Shown here in pieces: positions 9,191 to 12,731 of a stretch of 12,731 bases of DNA. Position 1 is the first letter of the stretch. Every line of letters starts with the position of its first letter. The DNA comes from Azolla caroliniana. Its lineage: Eukaryota; Plantae; Polypodiophyta. Below the pieces are notes generated by a model that saw nothing but the letters and a program-made list of their open reading frames with translations, did not search any database and had not been told where the DNA came from. Location of the stretch: positions 1 to 12,731 of the forward strand of contig JBHGNT010001039.1 in assembly GCA_043228905.1 (NCBI GenBank). Direction: 5' to 3'. The position numbers and the translations under genes were made by a program.

Positions 9191-11106
9191 CTAATGTGGG
9201 ACATCACCTTTCAATGGTATTGAGGGAGACCTATTGATCAAATAAATAGTTGTGTACATCGTCTCATTCCAATACATTTTCGCCAGTATAGCATGCAACA
9301 TCATGCTCCTTACTCTTTCCATTATCGTCTGATTCATCCTCTCTACAAGCATGTTCAATGCTGGGGTCTTTCGCACTATGTATTCGATTCGAATACCTTG
9401 GGCCTCGCAGTATTCTTCGAAATGCCCTCTATATTCGCCACCGTTGTCGGTTGGGACCACCTTCAACTTTTGACTTGACTCTCTTTCTGTCGTTGCTTGG
9501 AACTCCTTGAAGAACGACAATACTTGATCCTTCGATATTAGTACTAAAGCCCACAATTTTTTATAGTAGTCATCGATGAACGTGACGAAGTACTGTCCGC
9601 CTCGATGTGATGGAGCCTCCACATAGCACACATCGGTGTGCACTAGTTCCAAGAGCATTTCTCTTCTTTTCGGTGGTCTTGAGTGGAATGTTGTTCTGTT
9701 CTGCTTTCCGACTAAGCACCCGACACACTTCTCCAAGTGTACGCCTTTCACTTCTGGTAGAAGTTCCTGTTCAGCTAGTAGATGCATTCCTTTCTAACTC
9801 ATATGGTCTAGCCTCTTATGCCCTAACTCTCCACTCGAGTTGGCTGCCACGTTCATTTTTTACTTGCACAGTCGGACATGCATCATATACAATGTGCCCT
9901 GTTTCTGTGCTCGGGCCACTATGAGGTTTCCTCGATAGAACTTCCACTTGCCATTTCAAAAGCTACCATTGTAGCCTTCATCATCTAGCCTTCCAGTCGA
10001 TATCAAATCAATATGATATCGAGGACATCTCGAACTTCCCTCATATTAAATCGATAATCTGTCGACGTCATCAGGCTTACACTTCCTATGTCCGCTATCT
10101 TGCACTCCTCATTATCTCCCATCTTTACATAGCCATGATCCCCGGCTATGCAAGTTAAGAAACACTCTCTCGATGGAGTTATGTGGAAAGATCTGCCCCA
10201 ATCGATTACCCAAGTACACTCTTCACTTGCAAGATTTGTGCTTGCCTATTCACAAATGAACAAAATCTCCTTAACACTTGTATCTACGACCAATGTGCAC
10301 TTTTCATCAGGAATCTTCCTGGGTTCGACATTATTATGGACACCTTTGTCCTTCATCATGTGTTGTCAGTCCCTCTCGAAGTGTCTAGGCTTTCCACAAT
10401 AGAAGCATGCTAGCTTGACTCTAGACTTGGATTTGGCTTAGGACTTCTCCGTTCTTTGTGGACTTCTTTGCCGATTTCTTCCCCTACATGTATGTTGAGT
10501 CAGATTTGACTCCGACTGGGATAGGACACCCTTGTCCTTCCTTCTTGTCTCCTCGCTAAAGATGCTTGTCTGTACCATTTGTAGAGACAAGTTCTCTTCT
10601 TCAAACGTGGTGTTGAGAGTCACCACCAGGTTCTCCCACTTGTCCGGTAGTCTACACAGTGGCAGGATGGCCTGAATTGCATCCTTAAGGAAAAGTTTAG
10701 TTGCCACAATCTGGATTACATACCCCATGAATGTGCTTACATGCTCGACTATGCTTTCCCCGTCCCTATACTTCAACCTCACAATCTTTCTCATCAAAGA
10801 TGTTTCATTGATGGCATTCTTCCACTCATATAGACCTGACAAGTTCTGGCACATCTCGTACGCATTTGTGTCGTTTGGCACATGCTGAAGGACACTCACA
10901 TCAACACACTATCTAATGGTGGCCACCGCCTTTCTGTTCAGAACTTTCCATTCAGACTGTAATAGTCCCGTGGGTATTTATGCTCTATCGATGGGCTCGT
11001 ATAGGTCTTTGACTAAGAGAAGGCCTTCCATCTTTATCTTCCAATCTGCAAAGTTCTAAAAGTGTAGAACTATCATGCCTAGGAAGCCACTCACGCATGC
11101 TTCCAT
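9191..11106 (-). pseudogene. gag-pol: Copia gag, zinc knuckle, protease, GAG-pre-integrase and integrase core, disrupted
   Basis: Gag ATG at 11106 (...DWKIKMEGLL...EWKVLNRKAVATIR*). Knuckle CFYCGKPRHFERD* at ~10365-10406. Protease-like WVIDWGRSFHITP at ~10175-10215. HKRLDHMS. Integrase LELVHTDV, YFVTFIDD, TDNGGEY, ERMNQTIMERVRSM. Multiple in-frame stops. Confidence 0.93.
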
Positions 11107-11117
11107 GCTTGCACCTC

Positions 11118-11131
11118 AAGCTCTGATACCA
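11118..11131 (-). promoter_or_regulatory. Primer-binding site complementary to initiator tRNA-Met
   Basis: The - strand reads TGGTATCAGAGCTT, 3 nt downstream of the LTR end (CA at 11136-11135 on the - strand). Confidence 0.95.
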
Positions 11132-11134
11132 GTT

Positions 11135-12082
11135 TGTTGGTCTTCGATCATGGAGATTTGTGAGGAAATCCGATTATGAAATGCACAATAATGCGGAAAT
11201 AGTAAAACAACAAATGCACTGAATACACAATTTAATGTGGAAACCCTAAACGGGGCAAACCACGGGAACAAAGATCCACTATACAATGGAGAATACAAAG
11301 GAGATAGTATACAACACTCTCTCTGCACAGAGTGTATCCGCCATGTAGGGTTCTTGGCGTCCAAGCTCACACAACTATGGCGCCACTCTCACTCTTCACT
11401 CTGTAACACACAGTTACTAAGCTCACACAACTATGGCGCTACTCTCACTATCACGCACTCACTCTTCACTCTGTAACACGCATCTATAGGAACTCTACGC
11501 TATTCTATTCTTTCTATTCTACAATGCATCACACTATGTTTTTGCCTAAGTGTATTTATACTTACACACATTATGGGTTATTTACAAATATAGTTCCTTA
11601 GTACTACTCTCACTATCACACACTCACTCTTCACTCTGTAACACACATCTATAGGAACTCTACGCTATTCTATTCTTTCTATTCTACAATGCATCACACG
11701 ATGTTTTGCCCTAAGTGTATTTATACTTATACACCTTATGGGTTATTTACATATATAGTTCCTTAGTACTACTCTCACTTCTATTATTATACTAACAATA
11801 ATCGCAGTTAATCAACTGACTGATCGAGTAATCGACTCCAGTGTCGATTGTCTAGTCGGCCCGACTAATCGGCCTTGTCGTCGACCCTCTGGTCGGTCTG
11901 ACTAGTCGGTCTTGTCTTCGACTGGGATCGTCTGTTGTTGACTCTCTATGACATTGACTGTTGCGTCTCGGCCCGACTAGTCGGCTAGTCCTTGTCTACA
12001 ATTGTCCGCTCTCTGTGACATCGATTGTCGGCTCTCGGCCCGACCAATTGGTTCCTCCCATAGGAGGGACATATTCCTAACG
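11135..12082 (-). repeat. 5' LTR (~950 bp), enlarged by internal tandem duplications
   Basis: Adjacent to the PBS and shares its end with 7914-8056. Contains - strand TATAAATA boxes (11553-11560, 11718-11725) and a CG-rich U3-like region (~11800-12050). The outer end is inferred at ...CCTAACG, where ...AACA is expected. Confidence 0.8.
11439..11779. repeat. 165-bp tandem duplication within the LTR
   Basis: Units start CTACTCTCACT at 11439 and 11604, with the same 11-mer again at 11769. About 8 differences between units by hand count. Confidence 0.95.
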
Positions 12083-12498
12083 AACCCCCTAGAACTCATT
12101 ATATAATTGGGTAACTAAATAACATATTGTCTCACTTGTCCTTCCCAAAATGTTGGTAATTAGAAAGCCTTAATTAAAGGAAGAAGAAACTATATGAATT
12201 GTGGAATGGTAAATAATGTGATAGATGTGATTATATTGTTCTATGTACATTCCCAATGGTTTGGTATGACCTATTACCTCATCAAATCTATGTTAGTAAG
12301 GGTAGTGGCATTACCTACGCATTACAACTCTCTCTTTCTCTTTGCTAGTTAAATGTTCATTCCATGGTTTGGTTTTTAACCAAACATTATCCTCATTATT
12401 CAAAACCCATCTCTATAGTCTTGTTTTTATTCTCTAAATTCTAATAGAATACATCGTTTCTAATTTGTATTCCATCAATTATTTATTGATCTTGCCAG

Positions 12499-12530
12499 GT
12501 TGACAGCCATGGCCATCTTCTTCTCTCATA
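12499..12530 (+). CDS. GLR: GLR exon 3: 32-nt micro-exon encoding the M2 pore loop
   Basis: CTTGCCAG|G TTG ACA GCC ATG GCC ATC TTC TTC TCT CAT A|GTAAGT. It completes the Trp split at 6955 and gives W-LTAMAIFFSH-(R), equivalent to WFSFSTMFF(A/S)HR of plant GLRs. Intron phases match on both sides. Confidence 0.92.
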
Positions 12531-12679
12531 GTAAGTACACATTCAGATTATACATGATGAGTGGATAAATACTGTTGAATATAAGAAAACCTAAGTTCAA
12601 AATTTTTTAGATATCATATATTAATATTGTCCTTGAAAATGTTCAACACATTTTACTAAACAAAGGGAATGCTTCACAG

Positions 12680-12731
12680 GGGATGACGCCAAAACCCACT
12701 CAGGTCGAGCATTCACACTAGTTTGGCTAGT
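12680..12731 (+). CDS. GLR: GLR exon 4 (partial): start of M3
   Basis: Acceptor TTCACAG ends at 12679. A+GG gives R, then DDAKTHSGRAFTLVWL, equivalent to RENTVSTLGRxVLIIWL. The exon runs off the window. Confidence 0.88.

Larger units (their letters stand above)
7914..12082 (-). mobile_element. Degenerate Ty1/copia LTR retrotransposon (Tnt1/Tork-like) in GLR intron 2, antisense to the host gene
   Basis: Domain order on the - strand is LTR, PBS, gag, protease, integrase, RT, RNase H, LTR remnant. Integrase before RT indicates copia. Motifs include KQAPWQWYKKF, LSQEKYVTKILERFNM and SWQSQLQKYVALLTIEAEY. The right boundary (…TTCCTAACG, 12082) is inferred. Confidence 0.93.

Noticed and set aside
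8528-10413. Plus-strand ORFs overlapping the retrotransposon
   Set aside because: Antisense shadows of the copia gag-pol frame.
11363-11779. Repeat array considered as CRISPR-like
   Set aside because: These are tandem duplications without unique spacers, inside a eukaryotic LTR, with no cas genes.

Overview
AT-rich eukaryotic DNA, most likely a land plant, judged from GT-AG introns, a plant GLR gene and a Tnt1-like copia element. The host gene is a + strand glutamate-receptor-like (GLR) channel with four exons visible (5299-5625, 6672-6955, 12499-12530, 12680->end). Its signal peptide appears fused directly to the S1 ligand-binding segment, so it seems to lack the amino-terminal domain. Its 5.5-kb second intron holds a decayed, internally deleted Ty1/copia element on the - strand (about 7914-12082). 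The upstream 5 kb is a mosaic of relics: a probable Ty3/gypsy integrase tail (1-144), a ~250-bp fold-back hairpin (762-1010), and a spliced pseudogene resembling a bacterial/phage beta-class N6-adenine/N4-cytosine DNA methyltransferase (about 1130-1780, motif DIPY). The ORF track misses the methyltransferase because of stops and a frameshift. All family assignments come from manual translation and motif recognition; no database search was run.
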